23,006 nt of DNA from a virus (lineage: Duplodnaviria > Heunggongvirae > Uroviricota > Caudoviricetes). The stretch lies in IMG/VR virus record IMGVR_UViG_2617270967_000008; one strand, given 5' to 3'. A program made the translations under genes and the position numbers. Under the pieces are notes generated by a model. That model had not been told where the DNA came from, did no database searches, and was given only the letters and a program-made list of their open reading frames with translations. Shown one piece after another: positions 1 through 10,613 of this stretch. Position 1 is the first letter of the stretch; each line of letters begins with the position of its first letter.

Positions 1-63
1 CCCGCCATATTCGTTGCTGGCTGCATTTCGTACTGCAAGAATCTCTTTTCCCTTATCCACCAT
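1..63 (-). CDS. Partial ORF (N-terminal 21 codons, MVDKGKEILAVRNAASNEYGG, runs off window); position suggests a tail fibre assembly/chaperone gene
   Basis: ATG at 63..61 preceded by AGGAGG (64-71), which overlaps the stf stop at 72-74; own translation of 1-63. No sequence recognition; the call rests on position only. Confidence 0.3.
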   Translation of the reverse strand, partial: MVDKGKEILAVRNAASNEYGG

Positions 64-71
64 GACCTCCT

Positions 72-1376
72 CTATGATATGCGCTGAAATAATCCTGCCT
101 GTCTGATACCCGGAGATGATGTCCATAGCATCGGACCACATGCACGCCACGTGCCCGGTAAACGGGTCTCCCCCACATTACCGGAAGCAACCAGGGGAGT
201 ACCATTCGAAAGGCAACATGCAGACAGTGATGAGCCGGCAATGGCTGAGCCCGGTGCCATATCCCCCGAATAACTCGTCGCATAATATGCCGCAAGGACA
301 AAAGAACCGACACCAAACAGTCCGCTGTCAGGACTTCCTGACGGTCCCTGAGGTCCTGCCGGACCTGTGTCTCCCGTATCTCCCTTCGGTCCCTGTGGTC
401 CTGCCGGGCCTGTGTCTCCCGTATCTCCCTTCGGTCCCTGTGGCCCTGCCGGGCCTGCAGCTCCCGCATCCCCTTTAGGTCCCTGTGGTCCTGCCGGGCC
501 TGTGTCTCCCGTATCTCCCTTCGGTCCCTGCGGACCTGCCGGGCCTGTGTCTCCCGTATCTCCTTTTGGCCCCTGAGGCCCTGCCTGACCTGCGGCTCCC
601 GTATCCCCTTTTGGCCCCTGTGGTCCTGCCGGGCCTGTGTCTCCCGTATCTCCCTTCGGCCCCTGTGGTCCTGCCGGGCCTGTGTCTCCCGTATCTCCCT
701 TCGGCCCCTGTGGTCCTGCCGGGCCTGTGTCTCCCGTATCTCCCTTCGGCCCCTGTGGTCCTGCCGGGCCTGTGTCTCCCGTATCCCCTTTCGGCCCCGG
801 CGGTCCGCCCGGGTCACCTTTATCGCCCTTCGGTCCCTGTGGACCTGTTTCTCCCCGTTCTCCCTTTGGCCCCGGCTCACCTTTTGGTCCGACCGCCCCC
901 GTTGCCCCGGCTGGTCCCTGTGCCCCTGTGGCACCCTGTGGACCTGTGTCCCCCTTCTCGCCCGCCGGTCCCCGGGCATTCTCTGCCCGTTCCTTCGCTT
1001 CCTCTGCACTCGCCGCCGACGCTTCAGCACGCTTCAGGATTTCCGCTGCCACCGCTTCCAGCTCTGCAAGCGCTTTCGGGTAATACTGCACCTCATCCTG
1101 TTCCATCAGAAATTTATTCAGCGTTCCCGGCTCAGAATCCGCCTTCACCAGAATGTCACCCACATACGACGGGGCGTACCCTTCCGTGTTCAGCGTCACC
1201 CGGTACCACCCCGGCTCCACATCAAAACTGTAACTGCCGGTTTCCCCCGGCTGCCCCTGCGCCACCGTGGTGACTATCACCGTCTCACTCGTTCGCGTGG
1301 CTTTCAGCTCTATGGTGCAGTCCGGTACCGGTTTTCCTGTACCATCCTTCAGCACACCTGAAATCTTTACTGCCAT
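72..1376 (-). CDS. stf: Side tail fibre protein with lambda Stf-like N-terminus and a long collagen-like Gly-X-Y domain
   Basis: N-terminus [17 protein letters not shown]...PGTLNKFL resembles the lambda Stf N-terminus as I recall it; about 200 residues of [20 protein letters not shown] repeats; start taken at the ATG 1376..1374 (MAVKIS), the track start is an upstream GTG. Confidence 0.8.
   Translation of the reverse strand: MAVKISGVLKDGTGKPVPDCTIELKATRTSETVIVTTVAQGQPGETGSYSFDVEPGWYRVTLNTEGYAPSYVGDILVKADSEPGTLNKFLMEQDEVQYYPKALAELEAVAAEILKRAEASAASAEEAKERAENARGPAGEKGDTGPQGATGAQGPAGATGAVGPKGEPGPKGERGETGPQGPKGDKGDPGGPPGPKGDTGDTGPAGPQGPKGDTGDTGPAGPQGPKGDTGDTGPAGPQGPKGDTGDTGPAGPQGPKGDTGAAGQAGPQGPKGDTGDTGPAGPQGPKGDTGDTGPAGPQGPKGDAGAAGPAGPQGPKGDTGDTGPAGPQGPKGDTGDTGPAGPQGPSGSPDSGLFGVGSFVLAAYYATSYSGDMAPGSAIAGSSLSACCLSNGTPLVASGNVGETRLPGTWRACGPMLWTSSPGIRQAGLFQRIS
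365..790. repeat. About nine near-identical 45-bp tandem repeats (unit tgtgtctcccgtatctcccttcggtccctgtggtcctgccgggcc on +) encoding the 15-aa collagen-like unit
   Basis: Direct reading of lines 361-840: the unit recurs head-to-tail with a few point variants. Confidence 0.9.
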
Positions 1377-1385
1377 ATTCACCCC

Positions 1386-1414
1386 ACAAAAAAGCCCGCC
1401 TGAACCGGCGGGCT
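1386..1414 (-). terminator. Rho-independent terminator between the lom-derived ORF and stf
   Basis: Minus-strand hairpin AGCCCGCC-ggttca-GGCGGGCT followed by TTTTTTG. Confidence 0.7.
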
Positions 1415-1440
1415 GTCATAACACTGTGTTACCTGGCTAA

Positions 1441-2076
1441 TCAGAATTTATAACCGATACCCACGATGAAACCGTCAGTGCGCCAGTCACCACTGCCGGA
1501 GCCTTCATAAGCAATATCAATGGCCACGGATTCGGTCGGGTTAAACTGCACGCCAGCCCCCCACGCCAGAGACGTGTTGCTGTGGCAACCGTCATCACTT
1601 CCGGTCAGCACGTCGTGCGTTTTCCCCTTGTTGTCAGTTACGCGGAGATAATCCCCGGAGAAAGTCGACACACGGCTGTAAGCCACACCCGCCATCGCAT
1701 ACGCGCTGAACCATTCATTCACGCGTACAGACGGCCCCGCCATCACGCTGAACCAGCGGTTACGCACGGAATCTTCATGCCAGCGGGTATCTCTGTAGCG
1801 CGTTTTTTGCTCATCCTCAGCATTGGCATAACTGAAGGACGTAAGACGGGCATACACCGCCTCCGGTGCCGTGTCATCACCGGCAATACGTATCTGGTAC
1901 CAGCCTTCGTTCATCTGACGGCGAAAGCCCGGCATCTGCATCGACAGGGCGCGAATGGCTTCCGCTGCCGTGTTCACATACAGGCTGAGGCGGCGGCCAA
2001 ATCGTTGTAAATCCCCGTGAAGGCAGATGCGTGCCAGTGGCGGTGACGCCAGACAGAATGCGTTCGTCGTTGCCAT
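1441..2076 (-). CDS. lom: In-frame chimera: N-terminal ~70 aa of tail assembly protein I fused to C-terminal ~135 aa of outer-membrane protein Lom; likely deletion remnant
   Basis: Residues 1-66 (MATTNAFCLASPPLARICLHGDLQRFGRR...WYQIRIAG) resemble the lambda gpI N-terminus; from TSFSYANAEDEQKT to GYKF it matches the lambda Lom C-terminal two thirds as I recall it. No signal peptide is present. Confidence 0.75.
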   Translation of the reverse strand: MATTNAFCLASPPLARICLHGDLQRFGRRLSLYVNTAAEAIRALSMQMPGFRRQMNEGWYQIRIAGDDTAPEAVYARLTSFSYANAEDEQKTRYRDTRWHEDSVRNRWFSVMAGPSVRVNEWFSAYAMAGVAYSRVSTFSGDYLRVTDNKGKTHDVLTGSDDGCHSNTSLAWGAGVQFNPTESVAIDIAYEGSGSGDWRTDGFIVGIGYKF

Positions 2077-2717
2077 TTTTCGGAATACCTCTCCCGTTTA
2101 CTCAGTTGTTCAGGCAGATGGTGAAGCAGCTCACCGTTGCCGCAGTAAATGGCGGCATGGTTCGGTACCGAAGCACCAAAGCAGCACAGCAGAATATCGC
2201 CCGCCTGTGCAGAGGACAGGGGCACCCGGTAAAAGCCTGTGACCGCCATATTGTCCAGGTAAAGGTTCTGACCGTTGCGCCACCAGTCATCCTCGCGATG
2301 AAAATCCGGCATTTCAGTCCCCGCCAGATGATAAGCATCCCGAAACAGCGTGTAACAGTCCGTCACCCCGTGCTCAAAGCGCCGTCCTGTCAGATGTGGC
2401 ACACAGCGGAATTTGTGAATGTCACCCCGGCAGACCAGCCACCAGGGCAGTGCGCTTTTTATCTGCAGCCGCCGGTCAGCCTCGCTCAGCCAGGGCAGCC
2501 CACCGGGATGACTGTGGACCAGTGCCACAATCTCCCCCTGCATCTCTGCCCGCAGCCAGTCTTCCGGTGCGATACGAAAATACGCCTCCGGCTCTGCAGA
2601 AATATTCACACAAGGGATATACCACTCCCCCTCCGGCGTGCTTATCACGAAGCCGCACGACTCCGCAGGCGCACACCGCCGGGCATGCGCCAGAATCGCT
2701 GATTCAGTCTGTGTCAT
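1974..2717 (-). CDS. K: Tail tip assembly protein K (JAMM/MPN plus NlpC/P60 domains)
   Basis: HSHPGGLPWLSEAD JAMM motif and Cys/His NlpC/P60 motifs (GVTDCYTLF, NHAAIY); start at ATG 2717 (MTQTESAIL), 11 nt after the L stop. The 3' end overlaps the I'-lom start by 103 nt. Confidence 0.8.
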   Translation of the reverse strand: MTQTESAILAHARRCAPAESCGFVISTPEGEWYIPCVNISAEPEAYFRIAPEDWLRAEMQGEIVALVHSHPGGLPWLSEADRRLQIKSALPWWLVCRGDIHKFRCVPHLTGRRFEHGVTDCYTLFRDAYHLAGTEMPDFHREDDWWRNGQNLYLDNMAVTGFYRVPLSSAQAGDILLCCFGASVPNHAAIYCGNGELLHHLPEQLSKRERYSEKWQRRTHSVWRHRHWHASAFTGIYNDLAAASACM

Positions 2718-2727
2718 AAACCGGGAT

Positions 2728-3426
2728 TTACTGCGAAAGTTTATTAATGGAAAGGAAACCGCCAAAATTGCCGACATTCCTGCGCAGTTCACACCCGCGC
2801 ATGCACTTGCTGCATCTGTCCTTACGGATATCCGTGGTGGGTTTATCGAACTCATCCGCCACAGCCCCGCCCGTGTAACCACACTCATCAGAGCGGTAGG
2901 TCCACATACAGGTGTTCGCCAGCATGATACGACCGGGAAACAGCGCCCCGTCCGTCTCGGTCGGTGTGGCCAGCACAAACGAGGCCGTCATGGCTGTCAG
3001 CTGCGACATCTGCTCCACCACCCAGCGGTCACTCAACTCCTGCTCCGGGTCCGCCGCCGGATTGCCCGCAACGAAATTCACCGCATCCAGAAAACGGGCA
3101 TACACCCGGCGGCGGACCACCGTGGCCCCCACCAGACTCTGCAGGTCTTCCGCCATCCCGGTGACCAGACCGAACAGATTGGACACCGTCAGCGACGGTC
3201 TGGCACTGCTGCCCTTCCCGCTCATCTCAAAGCCGCTGCCATCAATCGGGTACGCCTGGTACTTCCGCCCCTGCCAGGTGACCGGCTCCCCTTTTTCATT
3301 CAGCTCATTACAGAAAAAATACCGCTCACCACCCTGCACCGTCAGGTCAATTTCCCAGAGTACCACCCGCGGTGACTGCTCTGATTTAACCGACTCGCTC
3401 AGACTTTCTTCGTGAATATCCTGCAT
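2728..3426 (-). CDS. L: Minor tail protein L
   Basis: 232 aa, MQDIHEESL...GNFGGFLSINKLSQ, closely resembles lambda gpL along its whole length as recalled. Confidence 0.9.
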   Translation of the reverse strand: MQDIHEESLSESVKSEQSPRVVLWEIDLTVQGGERYFFCNELNEKGEPVTWQGRKYQAYPIDGSGFEMSGKGSSARPSLTVSNLFGLVTGMAEDLQSLVGATVVRRRVYARFLDAVNFVAGNPAADPEQELSDRWVVEQMSQLTAMTASFVLATPTETDGALFPGRIMLANTCMWTYRSDECGYTGGAVADEFDKPTTDIRKDRCSKCMRGCELRRNVGNFGGFLSINKLSQ

Positions 3427-3459
3427 CAGTTCACCACCTGCTTAAACTCCGCGCTGAAC

Positions 3460-6581
<3,122 letters not shown>

Positions 6582-6607
<26 letters not shown>

Positions 6608-7127
6608 TCAGCAACCCCGGTATCAGTTCATCCAGCGCGGCTGCTTTGTTCATGGCTTTGATGATATCCCGTTTCAGGAAATCAACATGTCGGTTTTCCA
6701 GTTCCGGAAAACGCCGCTGTACCGAGAGAGGGATCCCGTCAAGAATACTGGCAATTTCACCTGCGATCCGTGACAGCACGAAAGTACAGAATGCGGTTTC
6801 CACCACCTCTGCGGAGTCTCTGGCATTCTTCAGCTCCTGTGCGTCGGCCTGCGCACGCGTAAGTCGATGGCGTTCGTACTCAATAGTCCCAGGCTGGAGA
6901 TCTGCCTCACTGGCAGCCCTGTAATCCTCAACCTCTTTACGGAGTTTTTCATTTTCGATATCAGCTTCCCTCTGCGCATACCACTGAATTGCCATGGCGG
7001 TATCAAATACAGATTCAACGCCCTTACCACCTCCGGAGACGCAAGGGAGTCCCTGAGACTGCCAGCGTTCAATCGTTCGCGGATCCACGTTGAAAATTTC
7101 GGCAAGTTTCTTTTTATTAACCTTCAT
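6582..7127 (-). CDS. nu1: Terminase small subunit Nu1
   Basis: 181 aa with an N-terminal winged-HTH; the C-terminal two thirds are near-identical to lambda Nu1 as recalled. Confidence 0.95.
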
Positions 7128-7129
7128 GA

Positions 7130-7345
7130 AACAGTCTCACAATAAATACAGGGGCCGACATGAAAGTGCCCGAAAATGACTTTTTTAGGCGTTTTCATGT
7201 CGGACCTTTTACGGATTCGATATTAGAAAAAACAAATAGTTATGTTCGAGAAGTACCGACATGATTTTCCCCGGAAAATTTTCATAAATAGCGAAAACCC
7301 GCGAGGTCGCCGCCCCGTAACGGCCCGGATCGCCGGAAAGGACCC
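7130..7345. other. cos site (cosB between Nu1 and cosN; cosN 12-nt cohesive end at 7304-7315; cosQ side to ~7345)
   Basis: Reverse complement of 7271-7315 reads GGGCGGCGACCTCGCGGGTTTTCGCTATTTATGAAAATTTTCCGG, the lambda left-end sequence beginning with the cohesive end. Confidence 0.85.
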
Positions 7346-7521
7346 ACGAAATGATAATGATTATCATCTATATAAGGTTTATCACAACATGTGTGTACGC
7401 CATCAAACCACGAGAAATAATCAATTATGACGCAGGTATCGTATTGATTGATCTGCATCAAATTAACGTAAAAGCAACTTCAGATAATACAAATCAGCAA
7501 CACTGAATATGGGGAAACATT

Positions 7522-7722
7522 ATGTCATCAAAGAACAGAACCCGCAGAACAACAACCCGCAACATCCGATTTCCAAACCAGATGATTGAACAAATTAACA
7601 TCGCTCTTGATCTGAAAGGTTCAGGAAACTTTTCAGCGTGGGTTATTGAAGCCTGCAGGAGAAGGCTGGCAACAGATGCAACGCATCTGCGCCCGGCCAG
7701 CATGAAAAATAACGAGAAATGA
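7522..7722 (+). CDS. Small ribbon-helix-helix-like protein, homologue of the small ORF at the lambda right end
   Basis: MSSKNRTRRTTTRNIRFPNQMIEQINIALD...SAWVIEACRRRL matches the lambda right-end ORF from memory; strand-helix-helix pattern. A Fur-box-like GATAATGATTATCATC lies upstream near 7350. Confidence 0.65.
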   Translation: MSSKNRTRRTTTRNIRFPNQMIEQINIALDLKGSGNFSAWVIEACRRRLATDATHLRPASMKNNEK

Positions 7723-7853
7723 ACGTTCGGCTACAGGAGCAGGTACCCACTGTCCTCCAACAATATTTCATCTTCATATCCGACGGAACAAGACTTACCC
7801 TGCCGGGATGTACAGAATAACAACAGAGTGATAATTAATTTCTGATGAAATAA

Positions 7854-8180
7854 TCAGGGTGCAGAAGGACTAAAGATAAACGTTTTCTTCACGCCTTTAC
7901 ACGGCCTGTCCTTCTCAAATCGCCATTTTGCCATCGCCTTTACAACCTGCTCATCAAACAAATGGTGCGGCTCTGAACGGATAAACTCAATTCGGGTGAC
8001 AGTACCATCAGCACCAATATCAAACTTCACATCAACCCGTCCCTTTATATAATTTGCCGCTGCATAGGCCGGATATTGTGGTAATGCCTTAACCAACTGT
8101 CGGGGCATATCTGTTTTATGTTGCGTACAGCCCATAACCAGAGAAGACAACAAAATAATTAACGGAAGGTTTCTTTTCAT
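7854..8180 (-). CDS. Lipoprotein with TonB C-terminal-domain-like region (moron at the bor-equivalent position)
   Basis: Signal peptide plus lipobox (LVMGC); YPAYAAANYIKGRVDVKFDIGADGTVTRIEFIRSEPHHLFDEQVVKAMAKWRFE aligns to the TonB C-terminal motif pattern. Start ambiguous (8186 or 8180). Confidence 0.65.
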   Translation of the reverse strand: MKRNLPLIILLSSLVMGCTQHKTDMPRQLVKALPQYPAYAAANYIKGRVDVKFDIGADGTVTRIEFIRSEPHHLFDEQVVKAMAKWRFEKDRPCKGVKKTFIFSPSAP

Positions 8181-8196
8181 TTTCATTCCCGGCACA

Positions 8197-8217
8197 GATA
8201 AGAATAAGTCTTATTCT
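8197..8217. promoter_or_regulatory. Perfect inverted repeat AGAATAAG-T-CTTATTCT (with GATA prefix) at the putative -10/+1 of the lipoprotein gene; operator-like, weakly Fur-box-like
   Basis: Direct reading: 8201-8208 is the reverse complement of 8210-8217; sits 11-30 nt upstream of the lipoprotein start on the minus strand. Confidence 0.5.
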
Positions 8218-8524
8218 AACAATGCCACCCTGTCGGTCATCAATCCTCTGCTTAATGGCAACGACAATTATCCGACTTAAATCACAAATCAGACACATGA
8301 CATAACAGAGCTTGCGAGGTAACACATCGTCCGGTTTCTTCCACCATCGCACCGGACCAGCGACCATGAGGGGACAACGCCGCGCTCCGTTAACACGGTA
8401 AACCCCGGTGTGTATCGTTTTTGATTATCCCCGCACACTCGCGCAGAGGAGTCTCCCGGTCGGGCTGCGGTCTCTGTTAATGCGGGGATACGGCGACAAT
8501 ACCGCGCATGGTTAATAAGGTCGC

Positions 8525-8749
8525 TCAACACACTGGCTGTAATGCAGCGGATACCATGCGGCATTTAGCGGCATTCATCGTACACTCAACGGTTAGCTCT
8601 TCATTCGTGGCATTCACCTGAAAGGTCCGGGAGTGTAATTGCGTACATTTACCACTGAACGAACCTTCAACAAGAACACGACCACGCTGCAAAATACGGA
8701 ACGGAATTGTTCCCTGAAAAGGCTTTACGGTTACCAGTAATTTCTTCAT
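8525..8749 (-). CDS. Hypothetical 74-aa protein downstream of Rz
   Basis: ORF with GGAGA 4 nt upstream of ATG 8749; no signal peptide, no recognisable motif. Confidence 0.4.
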   Translation of the reverse strand: MKKLLVTVKPFQGTIPFRILQRGRVLVEGSFSGKCTQLHSRTFQVNATNEELTVECTMNAAKCRMVSAALQPVC

Positions 8750-8772
8750 GCATTCTCCGGATAACAAAAATA

Positions 8773-9240
8773 CTAGTTAATACACTGAGTGCGGATATAG
8801 TCCTGCGCCCCTTCCAGTTGCTTCTGCATTGTCATCAACCGCTCTCTGAGGGTGAAATAATCCCGTTCAGCGGTGTCTGCCAGTCGGGGGCCGGTTGCAT
8901 TATCCACGCGGGCGGTGCCGGTGGCTTCACGCACGGAACCTGGACAGGTGGCGTTGATACGCAGGCTGCGGCGACCAGCGGCAACGTCAGCGCGCAGAGT
9001 TTCATTTTCAGCTCTCGCATCGGCTAACTCCTTTGTGTATTTTTCATCCAGCGCAGCAACATCACGCTGACGCTGCTGCATGTCAGTAATGGTTGTGTTT
9101 GCCAGCTCCAGCTCTCTGGCTTTTTTATCGCGCTGCGCTTTGTAGGTGATGGCGTTATCGCGGTAATGATTCAGCCCCAGACTAAGCACACCACAGGCTA
9201 CCAGCAGGACAATAATCACCACACACAGAACACGGTTCAT
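8773..9240 (-). CDS. Rz: Rz i-spanin
   Basis: [16 protein letters not shown]...[15 protein letters not shown]...QKQLEG matches lambda Rz; N-terminal TM; start at ATG 9240 (MNRVLCVV) with a GGTGGTGA RBS. Confidence 0.9.
   Translation of the reverse strand: MNRVLCVVIIVLLVACGVLSLGLNHYRDNAITYKAQRDKKARELELANTTITDMQQRQRDVAALDEKYTKELADARAENETLRADVAAGRRSLRINATCPGSVREATGTARVDNATGPRLADTAERDYFTLRERLMTMQKQLEGAQDYIRTQCIN
8835..9020 (-). CDS. Rz1: Rz1 o-spanin lipoprotein, embedded in +1 frame within Rz
   Basis: [25 protein letters not shown]...[30 protein letters not shown] matches lambda Rz1 including lipobox and proline-rich region. Confidence 0.85.
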   Translation of the reverse strand: MRELKMKLCALTLPLVAAACVSTPPVQVPCVKPPAPPAWIMQPAPDWQTPLNGIISPSESG

Positions 9241-9339
9241 ATCACCACCAACGGATTGCCCAGACCAGAACAGCAATGGCCACAATACGAATGGCAAATG
9301 CCATTGCCCGAATAAGTTCAGCACTCATCTTTTTAAAGT

Positions 9340-9522
9340 TCACGATTTCAGCGCAATGACCAGTTTTGCCAGCCCATACAGTATCGGAGACACAGCGATA
9401 CCAACCGCCACCCACTTAATAGCAAAAGCCAGCGCTCTGCTGATGTCATCAGTTACTGGCGCTTTCAGTTCAAGGCCGTTTTTCATAGTCAACCTCAACA
9501 GAATTCGTTTATACTTTTCCAT
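9340..9522 (-). CDS. Small single-TM membrane protein between endolysin and Rz (function unknown)
   Basis: ATG at 9522 (MEKYKRIL...) preceded by AGGGAGA; hydrophobic FAIKWVAVGIAVSPILYGLAKLVIAL segment. Confidence 0.45.
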   Translation of the reverse strand: MEKYKRILLRLTMKNGLELKAPVTDDISRALAFAIKWVAVGIAVSPILYGLAKLVIALKS

Positions 9523-9550
9523 GTTCTCCCTTGCCTTATCCAAGGTCAGA

Positions 9551-9590
9551 AACACAAAACCCCGCTTGCAGCCAACAAACGGGGTTTTTA
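9551..9590. terminator. Hairpin with flanking T/A runs (weak, bidirectional-looking) between endolysin and the small membrane gene
   Basis: CCCCG...CGGGG stem with a 15-nt loop, TTTTT on + and UUUUGUGUU on minus. Confidence 0.35.
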
Positions 9591-9678
9591 CTTTTATTCA
9601 CTTAGTTTTTGTTAGTTCGCAGGATTTCGTGTTATCCGTCCGTGTGAGCAAACCGCATTTTTCAGCAAAATATTCTGC

Positions 9679-10212
9679 TTATCTGTCAATTCCCCAGCAC
9701 GCCAGCGCACTCTCCTGGTCGCGACGGGATACCTGACCGTAACAGTTGTTTGAGCGAATACGGCAGTCTCTGCCACCGTCCTTAATCCACCAGCGAATCG
9801 CTTCGCATGCTCCCCTGCGATCACCTGCATTAATTCGTCTGTAAAACGTCGACGGGAAACACTTACCGGGACCAATGTTGTACGGACAGAATGACGCGAT
9901 CCCCGCTTTCTGGGGTTCGGTCAGCGGCACTCTGATGTTTTTCTCCACCCACGCCAGCGCTTTATCACGCTCAATGGCGTTAACCTGGTCGCATTTTTCC
10001 TTCGACAACTTCATGCCCGGAACGACAGGTTTGCCATCCACCATGATGGCACCACGGCAGATGGTCCAGATACCCGCACCATCACGGTATGCCGTGGTGT
10101 GGTTGCCTTCTTTTTCATCCAGAAACTGGTCGAGAATTTCAGGCGCAGACGCACCAGCGGCAATCAGCGCCAGAACGGCAGCCGACAGGCCGTATCTGAT
10201 TTTTGCGTTCAT
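9679..10212 (-). CDS. SAR-type endolysin (phage lysozyme with N-terminal signal-arrest-release domain)
   Basis: N-terminal weakly hydrophobic Gly/Ala-rich segment (LSAAVLALIAAGASAPEIL) followed by a lysozyme-like catalytic region (EGNHTTAYRDGAGIWTICRG); resembles phage 21 R / K-12 prophage Rrr-type lysozymes. Confidence 0.85.
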   Translation of the reverse strand: MNAKIRYGLSAAVLALIAAGASAPEILDQFLDEKEGNHTTAYRDGAGIWTICRGAIMVDGKPVVPGMKLSKEKCDQVNAIERDKALAWVEKNIRVPLTEPQKAGIASFCPYNIGPGKCFPSTFYRRINAGDRRGACEAIRWWIKDGGRDCRIRSNNCYGQVSRRDQESALACWGIDR

Positions 10213-10337
10213 GGATATTTATCAGGATTTATCGGTTCCGAATCCCTGGATATGTTAAGTCTTCAGCCCGCCAGTGGTGGGCACTGGCGTAAACTCAACA
10301 ATGCGAGATGGCTGCCTCGCAAAGATAAGGAACAGAT

Positions 10338-10613
10338 ATGAGTGAAGAAAATAGCAAAGAGAATACAGCACTTTTTGACAGAATTTTTACTCTTGAGTTA
10401 CAGGTCGGTTTTCTTCTCCCAAAGATAATCAAAGCAATGGATGCACTAAGTAAAAATAACGCTGTGTCAGATTACCTGATCGCCGAAATGGAACATCTAA
10501 TTAAAGAAATACCAAAGACAGTTGCTCGTGATGATAAAAGATTCCTCAAGGCTGCTGAAGATGCTCTTTCAACAGTGAAGCGCAGCTTAGATGCGCCGCG
10601 CGATCAAGAATAG
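10338..10613 (+). CDS. Hypothetical 91-aa helical protein, AT-rich, convergent with and overlapping the 3' end of the 176-aa gene
   Basis: ATG 10338 with AAGGAA 7 nt upstream; about 38% GC; overlaps 10546-10613 with the minus-strand gene. Confidence 0.5.
   Translation: MSEENSKENTALFDRIFTLELQVGFLLPKIIKAMDALSKNNAVSDYLIAEMEHLIKEIPKTVARDDKRFLKAAEDALSTVKRSLDAPRDQE

Noticed and set aside
365-790. Possible CRISPR array, because of regular direct repeats
   Set aside because: Repeats are contiguous 45-bp units with no unique spacers and lie inside a coding frame encoding collagen-like triplets.
53-1030. Minus-strand 325-aa ORF rich in Arg/Gln/Glu repeats
   Set aside because: Alternative frame of the same tandem repeats inside stf; the stf frame has clear homology and the Gly-X-Y pattern.
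116-1273. Four plus-strand ORFs (116..478, 367..576, 485..1273, 637..1083) with Pro/Leu-rich repetitive translations
   Set aside because: They are antisense or out-of-frame readings of the GC-rich 45-bp collagen repeats of the minus-strand stf gene. Their repetitiveness is a by-product, and no starts or RBSs support them.
1974-2978. Track's long 334-aa version of K (and similar upstream extensions of nanS-p, TerB, Rz, hok and the replication gene)
   Set aside because: The extensions start at non-ATG or far-upstream codons, overlap upstream genes, and lack RBSs; internal ATGs with RBSs and homology-supported N-termini were used instead.
8116-8564. ORFs 8116..8367 and 8289..8564 on the minus strand
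   Set aside because: They overlap each other and the lipoprotein gene in other frames, have no RBS or motifs, and the region looks like a promoter/intergenic region.
7722-8770. A bor (serum-resistance lipoprotein) gene on the plus strand downstream of Rz, as in lambda
   Set aside because: The ORF track shows no plus-strand ORF of 60 aa or more in this interval (bor would be ~97 aa); instead there is a minus-strand TonB-C-like lipoprotein and a 74-aa ORF.
9612-10258. ORFs 9612..9875 (-) and 9875..10258 (+) overlapping the endolysin
   Set aside because: Out-of-frame or antisense to the well-supported SAR endolysin gene.
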